This document shows, one piece after another, positions 17,720 through 27,747 of a DNA stretch of 64,000 nt (position 1 is the stretch's first letter; each line of letters opens with the position of its first letter). The notes under the pieces are model-generated. The model had not been told where the DNA came from and made no database searches. It saw nothing but the letters and a program-made list of their open reading frames with translations. This DNA is from a bacterium (lineage in GTDB: Bacteria; Vulcanimicrobiota; Xenobia; Xenobiales; Xenobiaceae). The stretch lies in the NCBI GenBank assembly GCA_030535355.1, contig JAUNIO010000004.1, forward strand, positions 13,513 through 77,512, in the 5' to 3' direction. Made by a program: the position numbers and the translations under genes.

Positions 17720-19936
17720 ATGCAAATGGATAATAACTTTTATAGTCATAAATTGTTTGCTAAATTAGCCTTTTCTGCTTCGCTGTCTTTTTTGACCCTT
17801 ATGGCGTTTCCAGTCTCCGCTGAACCTTATTTCGAAGTTGATAATATGACAGCCGGATATTCCTGTAATTTCCTTGCCGAACCGCATACTCAGCTGCTGG
17901 CAGTAGGGCAGCTTCCCAGTATGCAGAGTGTCGGCAGCAAAGTATCCGGCATTAAAGTCAGCGATTCGCAGGACACCACGGCGGAAAAGCAGCTGGAACG
18001 GCTGAAGAATTTGTTGGAGCAGGGCAATACCGAAGCCCAAGTGGAGATGGGATACCGCTATTACCGCGGGCAGGGTGTGCCTAAAGATGTCGGCAAAGCC
18101 TTGGAATTGTGGAAACTGGCTGCCGACAAAGGCTCTCGTGTCGCTCAGTTCAATGTGGGCGTGCTCTACAACGAAGGCGAGCATATAGCCAAAGACAAAG
18201 CGAAAGCCGCTGAATATTTCACTAAAGCCGCCGAACAGAACCACATCGATGCTCAGCTGAACTTGGGGCTGATGTACCTGCTTGACCCCGAAGTGACCAC
18301 TGACATATCCAAGTCCGAAGGCTGGTTTTCGAAGGCTGCTGAGCGCGGTTCGGCTGTCGGTATGCTGTATATGGGGCTGCTCAGCGAAAACGAGCATAAA
18401 GATTACGCCAAGGCGGCGGATTGGTACAATAAAGCTGCCATTCAAGGCAACCGGGCCGCCAAAAACAACTTAGGCCTGCTCTATTTTCATGGGCGTGGCG
18501 TAGAAAAAGATGAAAAACGCGCCCGTCAGCTCTTTTCTGAAGCGGCTGAGGCTCATATGCCGGAGGCTCAGTACAATCTGGCCTGCATGATGTTTGAGGG
18601 CTTGGGCGGACCGGAAAATAAGCCGGAGGCCTATAAGCTTACTTTGGCTGCCGCTGAGGGTGGTTACGGCAAAGCCCAGTTTCAGGTGGGCAGCGCTTAC
18701 GATCGCGGCGCAGGCGTAGAGCAGAACGATGTCAAAGCTGTTGAATGGTATGAGAAAGCCGCTAAAAACGGCGTTTCCGAAGCCCAGTATAACCTAGGCA
18801 ATATGTATCTCTGCGGGCGCGGGGTGAAGGCCAATCCCAAAGAAGCGCTGAGATGGTTTAATAAAGCCGCTGAACAGGGCGATGTGGAAGCTATAAGCAA
18901 CATCGGGGTGATGTTTGAAAAGGGCATGGTTGTGCCCCAGGATTTCGCTCAGGCGCGCAAGCTCTATACTTTGGCGGCGGAGAATGGCAATCCTCAGGCG
19001 ATGGTCAATTTGGGCAATCTTTACTATAAAGGCGCCGGAGTCCCCAAAGATATGGCAAAAGTGGCGGAGTGGTGGTCTAAAGCCGCAGAAATGGGCCATA
19101 TAGACGCTATGTATAAAATGGGAGTGCTCTATTCCGAAGGCTTAGGAGTGGAAAAGAATGCCCAAGAAGCTTTCAAATGGTACAAAAAAGCTGCCGAGCT
19201 TGGCCATGCCTCAGCCCAATGCTATGTGGGCAGCGCTTATCTCTTAGGTGAGAATGTGCCTGCGGACCTAAACGAGGCCTTAAAGTGGCTGGAGAAATCT
19301 GCGGCCCAGCGAGACCCCAGAGCGGAGCTGCTGGCGGCGACCATTTTGCTGGAAGACAAGAAACACCAGCATGAACCGGCAAAAATCCTGAATTTGCTGC
19401 AAGACGCCGCCAGTCAGGGACTTCCTGAGGCACAGTTTAATTTGGGTCTCCTTTACGATCGCGGCCAGCTGGTAGAAGCCGATCATGCCAAAGCCTTTCA
19501 GTGCTTTTTAAAAGCGGCGGAAAGCGGCTATGCCAAAGCTCAGTACAACGTAGCTGTAAGCTATCTTAGAGGTGAGGGCGTTGCCAAAGATAACGATGTC
19601 GCTGTCAGCTGGCTGCAGAAGGCTGCCAACGGCGGAGTGTCCGACGCTCAGTTTGCGGTAGGATTGCTTTATTACGCAGGCGATGTTTTGCCTAAAGATC
19701 ATAAAGAAGCCCGCCGTTATTTTACTATGGCGGCTTTGCAGCAGGATATGCGGGCTCTGTTTAACCTAGCGCTGATGCTAGCCCGAGGCGAGGGGGGCGA
19801 AAAAGATGTCAAACAGGCCATAGCTCTTTTTGAAAAGGCAGAAGCCCAAGGCTATAAACCGGCCGCTGAGCTTTTGCAAAAGTGCCGCGAGCAGCTCAGG
19901 CAGGGCGACACTCAGAACTTGGACGCCGTCAAATAA
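17720..19936 (+). CDS. Sel1-repeat (TPR-like) secreted protein
   Basis: 738 aa. Signal peptide followed by about 18 Sel1-like repeats (A..W..KAA.QG...AQ..LG..Y..G.GV.KD). Confidence 0.8.
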   Translation: MQMDNNFYSHKLFAKLAFSASLSFLTLMAFPVSAEPYFEVDNMTAGYSCNFLAEPHTQLLAVGQLPSMQSVGSKVSGIKVSDSQDTTAEKQLERLKNLLEQGNTEAQVEMGYRYYRGQGVPKDVGKALELWKLAADKGSRVAQFNVGVLYNEGEHIAKDKAKAAEYFTKAAEQNHIDAQLNLGLMYLLDPEVTTDISKSEGWFSKAAERGSAVGMLYMGLLSENEHKDYAKAADWYNKAAIQGNRAAKNNLGLLYFHGRGVEKDEKRARQLFSEAAEAHMPEAQYNLACMMFEGLGGPENKPEAYKLTLAAAEGGYGKAQFQVGSAYDRGAGVEQNDVKAVEWYEKAAKNGVSEAQYNLGNMYLCGRGVKANPKEALRWFNKAAEQGDVEAISNIGVMFEKGMVVPQDFAQARKLYTLAAENGNPQAMVNLGNLYYKGAGVPKDMAKVAEWWSKAAEMGHIDAMYKMGVLYSEGLGVEKNAQEAFKWYKKAAELGHASAQCYVGSAYLLGENVPADLNEALKWLEKSAAQRDPRAELLAATILLEDKKHQHEPAKILNLLQDAASQGLPEAQFNLGLLYDRGQLVEADHAKAFQCFLKAAESGYAKAQYNVAVSYLRGEGVAKDNDVAVSWLQKAANGGVSDAQFAVGLLYYAGDVLPKDHKEARRYFTMAALQQDMRALFNLALMLARGEGGEKDVKQAIALFEKAEAQGYKPAAELLQKCREQLRQGDTQNLDAVK

Positions 19937-20074
19937 TTAGTTTTCGATAAAGATTCATTTTTTCCGCAAGATCTCAGTAGGATAGGATGCGGGAAATGAA
20001 AAAGACTGGCTAAGGATGGCAAAAAGCAGATTTTATGCAGGTTTTACAGGCTCGGGCCTGAGGTTTGGAGGCCG

Positions 20075-21211
20075 ATGATTATGAAAATGAAACTTAGTTT
20101 AGCGCTTTTAGGCGCAGTGGTGGGGACATTGTGGGTCCTGCCGGTTTGGGCGGAGTCCGATTTGAATTACGAGGATCAGACGCAGTCCAATTTAGTGGTT
20201 TCGCGCAGCGCGGAAAAATCCAAAAATTCTAGCTCCGCCAGTTCTGGCGAATCGAAAAAACGCAGTATCATTAGCAGCCTTCAGGCTGGCAAAGAGAAAT
20301 CTGAAGCGAAAGCCAGACGCAGCAGCCGCAATCAAAGGGATTCTGTTAGGAACAGCAGCAACACTTCAGGCCGCAGTAGCCGCAATAGCAGCGATTATGA
20401 AAGCCGCCGCGATCAGCGCTATCGCAGCAGCGATTATGACTATCAGCGGGATGGACGCTATCGCAGCGGCAATTACGGCAGCACGTATAGTTCATCGGGC
20501 AGCAATGACAGAGAACGCCGTCTAAATAGCGCTAACCTTGAATCGCAGGATGACGGCGCGGGCAACGGCGGCGGATTAATTAATCCCAACATGCACGTCG
20601 ACAATAAAGGCGAGCGCAGACAGATATTAAAGCGCAACGGCAAAGATTACCGCATCGATAGCTCGGGCAATACTGTTGAGAATAGCACCAATAACCGCAG
20701 CAGCCGCAGCACTTATTACGATGGTTACGATTCCCGCTGGGACCGCAGCCGCAGTGAGCGCGATTCTTACAGAGATAGATATTCATCGGACCGCGAGGGA
20801 AACTATAGAGATGGCGGGCGGCAGCACCGCCGTCATCACCGCCACAGTTCGGTAGATGATAATAGCCGCAGCTCCCGCGATTCTCAGCGCGAGCACCGTC
20901 ATCACCGCCACAGTTCGGTAGATGATAATAACCGCAGTGAGCGCGATTCTCAGCGCGAACACCATCGTCACCATAGCAATTTAGTTGACGATAAGCAGCA
21001 GACTTCGCGGGACAAGCAGCGCGAGGAGCACCGTTCTGTAAGAGAAAATCAATCCAAGAGCAGCTCTTCTTCCTCAGCGCGGGAGAAAAAGCCTGAGAAC
21101 CGTCCCTCTTCCTCAGCGCAGGAGAGAAAGCCTGAAGAACGTTCTGATTCTGCAGAATCCAGAGGAGAGCGGAAAGAGCGTGTTCGTCAAGAGCGTTCCC
21201 ACGAGGAATAA
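20075..21211 (+). CDS. Secreted low-complexity Arg/Ser/Asp/His-rich protein with internal tandem repeats
   Basis: Signal peptide MKLSLALLGAVVGTLWVLPVWAES. The remainder is RS/RD/RE/HRHH-rich and predicted disordered. A 69-nt tandem repeat encodes EHRHHRHSSVDDNNRSERDSQR twice. Confidence 0.5.
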   Translation: MIMKMKLSLALLGAVVGTLWVLPVWAESDLNYEDQTQSNLVVSRSAEKSKNSSSASSGESKKRSIISSLQAGKEKSEAKARRSSRNQRDSVRNSSNTSGRSSRNSSDYESRRDQRYRSSDYDYQRDGRYRSGNYGSTYSSSGSNDRERRLNSANLESQDDGAGNGGGLINPNMHVDNKGERRQILKRNGKDYRIDSSGNTVENSTNNRSSRSTYYDGYDSRWDRSRSERDSYRDRYSSDREGNYRDGGRQHRRHHRHSSVDDNSRSSRDSQREHRHHRHSSVDDNNRSERDSQREHHRHHSNLVDDKQQTSRDKQREEHRSVRENQSKSSSSSSAREKKPENRPSSSAQERKPEERSDSAESRGERKERVRQERSHEE

Positions 21212-21564
21212 TCAGCTCAGGAATAGACTTTAGCTGCAGCTATTGGACAATATCTTGAAGCCTTATGACCTGAAGTTGCCCTTGCGCAGAGGTGTCAAGC
21301 CAGCACTGCTGCCGCAATAGCTTCACTATCACTGGTTGAAACTTCCCTCTATGGTCTACCGTTCAGTAAAACGCTGACAGTATCGATAAGTAAAAGCTGG
21401 GACAGTGATACACTCGGAGTGGGACGGGGTAGGATAGAAGCGGCTTATGCAACTGTAGGAATTGCCCCTACTGAGTTGAAGATCATATACTTAGCTGTCT
21501 TTTAGGCAGCTGAGTATTTTTTTATTCACTTTGAATTATTTTTCTTTGAGGGGGAGATAGTAAC

Positions 21565-22956
21565 ATGAAGCTCCGCCAAACCTTTTGCGGGTTGGCTTTG
21601 GCCGCACTTTTAGCTGCGCCGCCTGCCTGGGCTGACGGTGACTCTTTAGACGTGAAAGTCACCGAATTCGATTTGCCCAACGGTCTGCACGTAATTTTAA
21701 GCGAAGATCACACCGTACCCATGGTGGCTACCAATATTTGGTACAAGGTTGGTTCGGCCAATGAGACCAAGGGGCATACCGGTTTTGCCCATCTGTTCGA
21801 ACATCTGATGTTCTGCGGCTCCGGCCACGTCGGCAAGGGCCAGTTTGACGGTTTGCTGGAGCGGGTTGGCGGCAATAACAATGCCAGCACCAGCGAAGAC
21901 CGCACCGATTATTATATTACTGTGCCTTCGAACGCTCTGCCTTTGGCGCTGTTTTTAGAATCTGACCGCATGGGCTATCTGCTGGACAACATGCGCCTCA
22001 ACATCGTGGACGAGCAGCGCGATGTGGTCAAAAACGAAATGCGCGAGCGTTACCTCAATACACCTTACAATAAAGTGTATATGGATATTCCCTCCATTAT
22101 GTATCCTGCTGATCATCCATACAGCTGGCCGGTTATCGGCTCCATGGAAGATTTGACGGCGGCCAAATATGAAGATGTGGTGAATTTCTTCAAAGAGCAC
22201 TACGTGCCGGGCAACGCCTCTCTATCTATTGTAGGTGATTTTGATACCGCTGAAGCCAAGAAGATGGTGGAATATTGGTTCTCCGATGTGCCCAAGGGCA
22301 AAGTTCCCCAGATGGCTCGTTACAATGGTCCTGTAGAATTGCAGGGTGTAATCAAGAAGACCGTCACCGATAAAGTCGATCTGCCCCGGCGCATGATTTT
22401 GTGGCACTCCCCGGCGGAGTTCCAGCAGGGAGACGCCACTTTGGATATTTTATCGGCGATCCTTACCGGTTCCAAGAACTCGCGGCTTTACAAGCGCCTG
22501 ATGTACGATCAGCAGATCGCCAATTCCGTCGAGGCCTCGCAGATGAGTCAAAAATTGGGCTCTATCTACTGCGTAGATTTTATGGCCCGCCCCGGTCACA
22601 GCCTTGATGAAATTCAGGCTATCGTCGATGAAGAAATCGAGCGCATCAGCAAAGAACCGCCTACGCAGAAAGAGATGGATTTAGCCGTCAACGGCCTCGA
22701 AACCGCTTTTTATCATCTCGTCGAGAGAAACAGCGGTTTGGCGCTTTATCTCAACCGCTATTACTGCACGGTTGGCGATGCCAACTACTTCAAAAAAGAT
22801 GTGGAGCGTTACCGCAGCGTGACCCCTCAGCAGGTCAGCGACTGCGCCAAGCGCTATCTGCTGCGCGATAAACGCGCGGAGATCACTATTATTCCCGAAC
22901 CTAAAGCGTCGGCTCAGACTGGGGCTGAAAAGAAAAATGCTGAGGAGGCTAAATAA
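21565..22956 (+). CDS. M16 family (pitrilysin/insulinase-like) zinc peptidase, catalytic subunit, secreted
   Basis: Signal peptide. The inverted zincin motif HLFEHLMF (HxxEH) is intact. The stop overlaps the start of the next gene (ATGA). Confidence 0.8.
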   Translation: MKLRQTFCGLALAALLAAPPAWADGDSLDVKVTEFDLPNGLHVILSEDHTVPMVATNIWYKVGSANETKGHTGFAHLFEHLMFCGSGHVGKGQFDGLLERVGGNNNASTSEDRTDYYITVPSNALPLALFLESDRMGYLLDNMRLNIVDEQRDVVKNEMRERYLNTPYNKVYMDIPSIMYPADHPYSWPVIGSMEDLTAAKYEDVVNFFKEHYVPGNASLSIVGDFDTAEAKKMVEYWFSDVPKGKVPQMARYNGPVELQGVIKKTVTDKVDLPRRMILWHSPAEFQQGDATLDILSAILTGSKNSRLYKRLMYDQQIANSVEASQMSQKLGSIYCVDFMARPGHSLDEIQAIVDEEIERISKEPPTQKEMDLAVNGLETAFYHLVERNSGLALYLNRYYCTVGDANYFKKDVERYRSVTPQQVSDCAKRYLLRDKRAEITIIPEPKASAQTGAEKKNAEEAK

Positions 22957-24506
22957 TGAGATTATTTACTACTAGTATTTTGCTGGCCAGTCTGCTGCTG
23001 CCCTGTGCCGCGTCCGCTGCTCCGGCTGTGAACACTGCTGCCGCGCAGAAGACGGCCGTGGTGCGCACCGCTCCTCCTCAGGTCACGGGAAAGGCTCCGA
23101 ATCAGACCATGCCCAAGATCGTCGAGCGCAAGCTGGACAATGGCATTCCCGTCTATATAGCCGTGCGCAAAAAAGTGCCCTTGGCGCATGTTATTTTGGT
23201 ATTCCCTGGCGCGGGTTCCAAAAACGATCCCGCCGGAAAGTACGGCTTGGCGGACTTTGCTGTCAGCTGTCTCGATGAAGGCGCAGGAGACCGCGATTCT
23301 TTGGCTTTTGCCGAAGCTGTCGATTTGCTGGGCGCTAGCATCAGTGCCGAAGCGGGCTGGGATAATGCCGCGGTCAGCGCGTCCTGCATGTCCGAACGCT
23401 TGCCGGAAACGCTGGACCTCTTCACAGATATGGTCACGCAACCCACATTTCCTCAGAAGGAATTGGATCGTCTGAAAAAAGAGGCCTTGGACGGTTTTGT
23501 CAACGCCAGAATCAGCCCTGGCTCCTTGGCTTCCGTAGCTTTTAACCGTTTTATCTTCGGAGAAGATTCCCGCTATGGTACGCTAAGGGTGGGCACGCCG
23601 CAGCAAGTGGCCTCCTTCAGCCGTGACGACGTAGTAGGTTATTATAGCGATAATTTCCGTCCCGACCAAGCTTTTATCTGCATTGGCGGCGATGTCGATC
23701 CCGAAAAGACCATCCAGCTGCTCAACAAACGTCTGGGCAAGTGGTCGCCCTGCTGCTGCGGTGAAGGCGAAGAAGAGGCGGCGCAGGCAGCTAAGCCGCT
23801 TCCCGCTCCCAAGTATGAACAGCGCTATATTCCCGCTGACATGCCTGGGCGTACGCCTATGGCGGATCGCATTTTTATTGTGGACCGTCCCGGAGCGCAG
23901 CAGGCCGTCATCCGCGTGGGCTGCTTGGGCGTAACTGTTAAGGACCCCGACCGTATAGCCATTCAGGCCATGAATACGCTGCTGGGCGGTTCTTTTGCCT
24001 CGCGTCTGAACGATAATCTGCGCGAGCGCAATGGCTACACCTACGGTGCCCGTTCCGGCTTTGACTTCCGCTTGGACCGCGGTGCTTTTGCGGCTTCTAC
24101 CAATGTGCAGACCGACAAGACCATTCCCGCCGTGCGCGAGATGCTCAAAGAAATCGATCGCATGCATCAGCCTGTTCCTGAGGATGAACTGCAGCGGACG
24201 CTCAATTACATGGCTTATACGTTCCCCTCCAATTTTGAGACTGGCAGCTATGTCACTTCCCTGATGACGCGCTTGATCGCTTACGATTATCCCAAGGATT
24301 ACGTGGATACTTACGTCTCCAACGTGCTGAATCTGACCCCTAAGCAGATCAAAAAAGCGGCTGACCGCACTTTAGACGTGAATCAAATGCAGGTGATCAT
24401 CGTTGGCGATGCCAAAGCGCTGGAACCGCAGCTAAAGGAAGCCGGCTGGCGGGCCCAGGTGCTGACGGTTGACGAGATCATGGGACCGAAAATTACCGCC
24501 AAATAA
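22956..24506 (+). CDS. M16 family peptidase, non-catalytic partner subunit, secreted
   Basis: 516 aa with signal peptide and M16 C-terminal-type domains but no HxxEH. Translationally coupled to the upstream gene. Confidence 0.7.
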   Translation: MRLFTTSILLASLLLPCAASAAPAVNTAAAQKTAVVRTAPPQVTGKAPNQTMPKIVERKLDNGIPVYIAVRKKVPLAHVILVFPGAGSKNDPAGKYGLADFAVSCLDEGAGDRDSLAFAEAVDLLGASISAEAGWDNAAVSASCMSERLPETLDLFTDMVTQPTFPQKELDRLKKEALDGFVNARISPGSLASVAFNRFIFGEDSRYGTLRVGTPQQVASFSRDDVVGYYSDNFRPDQAFICIGGDVDPEKTIQLLNKRLGKWSPCCCGEGEEEAAQAAKPLPAPKYEQRYIPADMPGRTPMADRIFIVDRPGAQQAVIRVGCLGVTVKDPDRIAIQAMNTLLGGSFASRLNDNLRERNGYTYGARSGFDFRLDRGAFAASTNVQTDKTIPAVREMLKEIDRMHQPVPEDELQRTLNYMAYTFPSNFETGSYVTSLMTRLIAYDYPKDYVDTYVSNVLNLTPKQIKKAADRTLDVNQMQVIIVGDAKALEPQLKEAGWRAQVLTVDEIMGPKITAK

Positions 24507-24564
24507 TTTCCGGCATTTATTCCGAGAATTGTTGGTGTTCAAACAAAAAACAATAGTGTTGTGT

Positions 24565-24597
24565 AAATAATCCTGCATGTTTTTGCAGGATTATTTA
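24565..24597 (+). terminator. Stem-loop / putative terminator after the first M16 pair
   Basis: Perfect 13-bp stem AAATAATCCTGCA..TGCAGGATTATTT with a T-rich loop. The downstream U-tract is weak. Confidence 0.4.
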
Positions 24598-24718
24598 TGT
24601 TTAGCTTTAGTGTGCTTTAAGGATGTTGTGTTAGGGTTAATATGTTAAGGAATATTTAACATAATTGTCTGCGTCGGCTTTCAGGCCGGCGCTGTTTCAT
24701 TTTGAGGAGGATGAGGAG

Positions 24719-26075
24719 ATGAAGGTACGCAGATTGTTCTGCGGTTTGGGTTTAGCCGTTTGTTTGGCGGCTGCGCCGGCTTGGGCCGGCAACGGCGGCG
24801 GTTCGGTCAACGTTACCGAATTCGATTTGCCCAACGGTTTGCACGTGATTTTAAAAGAAGATCATACATTGCCCTTAATTACAACCGATGTTATGTATAA
24901 AGTAGGCTCTGCAGCGGAAACTAAGGGACACACGGGGTTTGCGCATCTCTTTGAGCACTTGATGTTCTGTGGTTCCGCTCATGTGGGCAAAGGGCAGTTC
25001 GAAGAGTTAGTGCATAGCGTATATGGCGACTGCAATGCGTCTACTCATGAGGACTATACCAATTATCACATAACTGTGCCTTCTAACAGCCTGCCTATGG
25101 CGCTGTTTTTAGAATCAGACCGCATGGGCTATTTCATAGACAATATGCGTCTTGGCATTGTAGATGAACAGCGCGATGTGGTGAAAAACGAACATCGGCA
25201 AAAACACCATAAAGCGGCTGACGAAATCCTGTCTGCTCTGTATCCCGATGGCCATCCCTATAGCCGGTCTGTTATGGGTTCTATGGATGATTTAACCGCT
25301 GCTGAATACGCCGATGTAGTGAATTTTTTTAAAGAAAGAGCATTACAGTCCCAGCAACGCTTCTCTGACTGTAGTGGGCGATTTCGATAGCGCCGAAGCT
25401 AAGACACAGGTAGAATACTGGTTTTCAGATATACCTAAAAGACATGTCTGCAATAAAATACATAGTACCGCTTCCCCAGAGTTTTCCAGCATCGTCAAAA
25501 AGACGATTTACGATCCGGACGACAAGCCCCACCGCACTCTTTATTGGCATACGCCGGCCATCGCGCAGGAAGGAGATGACGCGCTGCACATACTTTCTAA
25601 TCTGTTTAATCTCAATAGTGCGCGCATACAGCAGCGTGTGACGCGGAATAAACGGATGGTCAGTGAAATTGTTGTTTGTCAGGACAGTAAAGAGCTGGGA
25701 TCGGTTTTTGCCATAGAATTTTATCCTCTGCCCGGTTATTCCATGGATGAAATTCAGAAAATAGTCGATGAGGAAATTGAACGCATCGCGGTGGAGCCGC
25801 CGTCGCAGCAGGAAGTGGATATGGCTGTGGCTGCTTTGGAATTTCAGTCTGTTGTGCATTCTGGCCGTTTGGAGAATTATGCTGAAGAATTGAACCATTC
25901 TTACTTGTTTAGGGGCAAAGCCATAGAACCAGCAGCTGCCCTGGAACGCTATCGCCGCCTAACTCCTGAGGATATCAGCGCCTGTGCCAAGCGTTATCTG
26001 TGTCCCGGTAAGCGCTTGGAGATTACCGTTCTGCCCGAACCTGTGCCTGCGGGCCATAACGCTGTTCGGCATTAA
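24719..26075 (+). pseudogene. M16 catalytic-subunit paralog disrupted by a +1 frameshift
   Basis: Two overlapping ORFs (24665-25390 and 25374-26075) together align colinearly with 21565-22956. HLFEHLMF is retained. An extra A at about 25335 (aaagaaAgagcattac) shifts the frame, and removing it restores ..EHYSPSNASLTVVGDFDS.. RBS GAGGAGG before ATG 24719. Confidence 0.6.
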
Positions 26076-26105
26076 CGCTGTCCGATATGTAAGGGAGGAA
26101 AAACC

Positions 26106-27692
26106 ATGAAACTGTTCGCCGCGTCCATTATGCTTTTATGTATGCTGCTTCCTCAAGCGGCCGGGGCCGTCCCTGCTGTATCTTCTAATCCTGGGGCTGT
26201 GGAGCGCAGCGTTCCCCCTCGGGTCACCGGTCCGCTGCCTGATTTCAAGCTGCCGGAACTTCGTGAATTCCACTTAGACAACGGTATTCCAGTTTATACT
26301 GCTGTTCAGCCTGAACTGCCTTACGAGTCTATATGTATTTTATTCCCTCAAGCTGGGGCTAAAAACGATCCGGTGGGAAAATACGGTTTGTACTGCTATG
26401 TTAATAACCTATTGGCGAAGGGAACAAAAACGCGCGGATGTGATGAACTGGAGAAAGAGTTTCTTTCTTTGGGGGCTCAATTCAGTTCTTATGGCGGGTC
26501 GTGGAACGATATTGATTGGGATGTAAGCGGGGGTAGAGTCGATGTCGTTCGTTTGGAGCATTTGCCTGAAATTATCAGGTTATTTGCTGACGCGGTATTG
26601 CAGCCTGCGTTTTCCCAGCAGGAACTGGAGCGTTTAAAATCGTCGCGTTGGGGCATATTGACCGGGCTGCGCACTTCTCCTCTGTTTTTGGGTGAGGCAG
26701 CTTTCAACCGTTTTGTATTCGGCGAAGATTCCCGGTATGGCACTTCGCTTAGAGCGGATACTTCTGCGCAGGAGGCAACGATTACCCGCGAAGATATTTT
26801 AGCTTTCTATAAGAAACATTACACACCGAAGCAGGCTTTCTTTTTGTGCCGTGGCCCCTTGGAATTAGATGAGCTGGCTAAACATTTAAATAAGCATTTT
26901 GGCGGCTGGCAGGACAGTATAGACTCAGAAAGCGTCCAGAAGGAGATTCCTTCGGAATCACTTAAAAAGTGCGCTACTGCCGCTTTTAACACAGAACCGC
27001 GTTATATTCCAGTCATGGCACCGGGCGCAAGCACGCTGATGGATGGCCGGATTCTCATAGTTGATCGCCCGGAGGCAAAGTCGGCGAGAATCTGGGTGGG
27101 ATGCCGGGGAATCAGTGCGGCTGATCCAGATCTGCTCGCTATACAGGCCATGAATACCATTTTGGGCGATTGCGGGGTCGGTGATCATCTCAATGCCAAT
27201 CTACGCGAAAGCAAGGGATACTCCTATGGAGTAAGAAGCACATTTGACTGTCACCTGGACCGCGGAGCCTTCAAGGTGACAGGAGCTATTCAGATCGACA
27301 AGGCCATCCCGGCGGTACAGGAAATCTTCAAGGAAATGGCTGTAATGCGTCAGCCGCTCCCCGAAGCTGAGCTGCGTAAATATCTCACTTATATGGCATA
27401 TAGCTATCCCAGAAAGTTCGACGGTTCCCACCTTTATCTAGATTCCCTAGTGAAGATGCTCTTGGGGTACTATACCAAAGAGTATGTGGACACTTATGTA
27501 TCCAAAGTGCTGAAGCTCGCGCCTGAGGATATTCAGAAAGCAGCGGAGCGCACCTTGGATACCGATAAGATGATCGTGGTCATCGTCGGCGATGCCAAGG
27601 CGCTGGAACCGCAGCTAAAGGAAGCCGGCTGGCGGGCCCAGGTAGTGACGGTTGACGAGGTTTTGGGGCCTGAGGTTCAGCCTGAACGATGA
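26106..27692 (+). CDS. M16 family peptidase, non-catalytic partner subunit (second copy), secreted
   Basis: 528 aa with signal peptide. Paralogous along its full length to 22956-24506 (identical C-terminal IVGDAKALEPQLKEAGWRAQV). Confidence 0.7.
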   Translation: MKLFAASIMLLCMLLPQAAGAVPAVSSNPGAVERSVPPRVTGPLPDFKLPELREFHLDNGIPVYTAVQPELPYESICILFPQAGAKNDPVGKYGLYCYVNNLLAKGTKTRGCDELEKEFLSLGAQFSSYGGSWNDIDWDVSGGRVDVVRLEHLPEIIRLFADAVLQPAFSQQELERLKSSRWGILTGLRTSPLFLGEAAFNRFVFGEDSRYGTSLRADTSAQEATITREDILAFYKKHYTPKQAFFLCRGPLELDELAKHLNKHFGGWQDSIDSESVQKEIPSESLKKCATAAFNTEPRYIPVMAPGASTLMDGRILIVDRPEAKSARIWVGCRGISAADPDLLAIQAMNTILGDCGVGDHLNANLRESKGYSYGVRSTFDCHLDRGAFKVTGAIQIDKAIPAVQEIFKEMAVMRQPLPEAELRKYLTYMAYSYPRKFDGSHLYLDSLVKMLLGYYTKEYVDTYVSKVLKLAPEDIQKAAERTLDTDKMIVVIVGDAKALEPQLKEAGWRAQVVTVDEVLGPEVQPER

Positions 27693-27747
27693 TAAGCGCT
27701 GAGCTTTCTTGAAAAACGCTGGGTTTTATAATATTCTGTAACCTATT

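Noticed and set aside
27700-27747. Searched for a LexA/SOS box upstream of uvrB
   Set aside because: Neither a CTGT-N8-ACAG nor a CGAACNNNNGTTCG (Cheo-box) match is present. The nearest, TTCTGTAACCTATTATGAG, lacks the second half-site.
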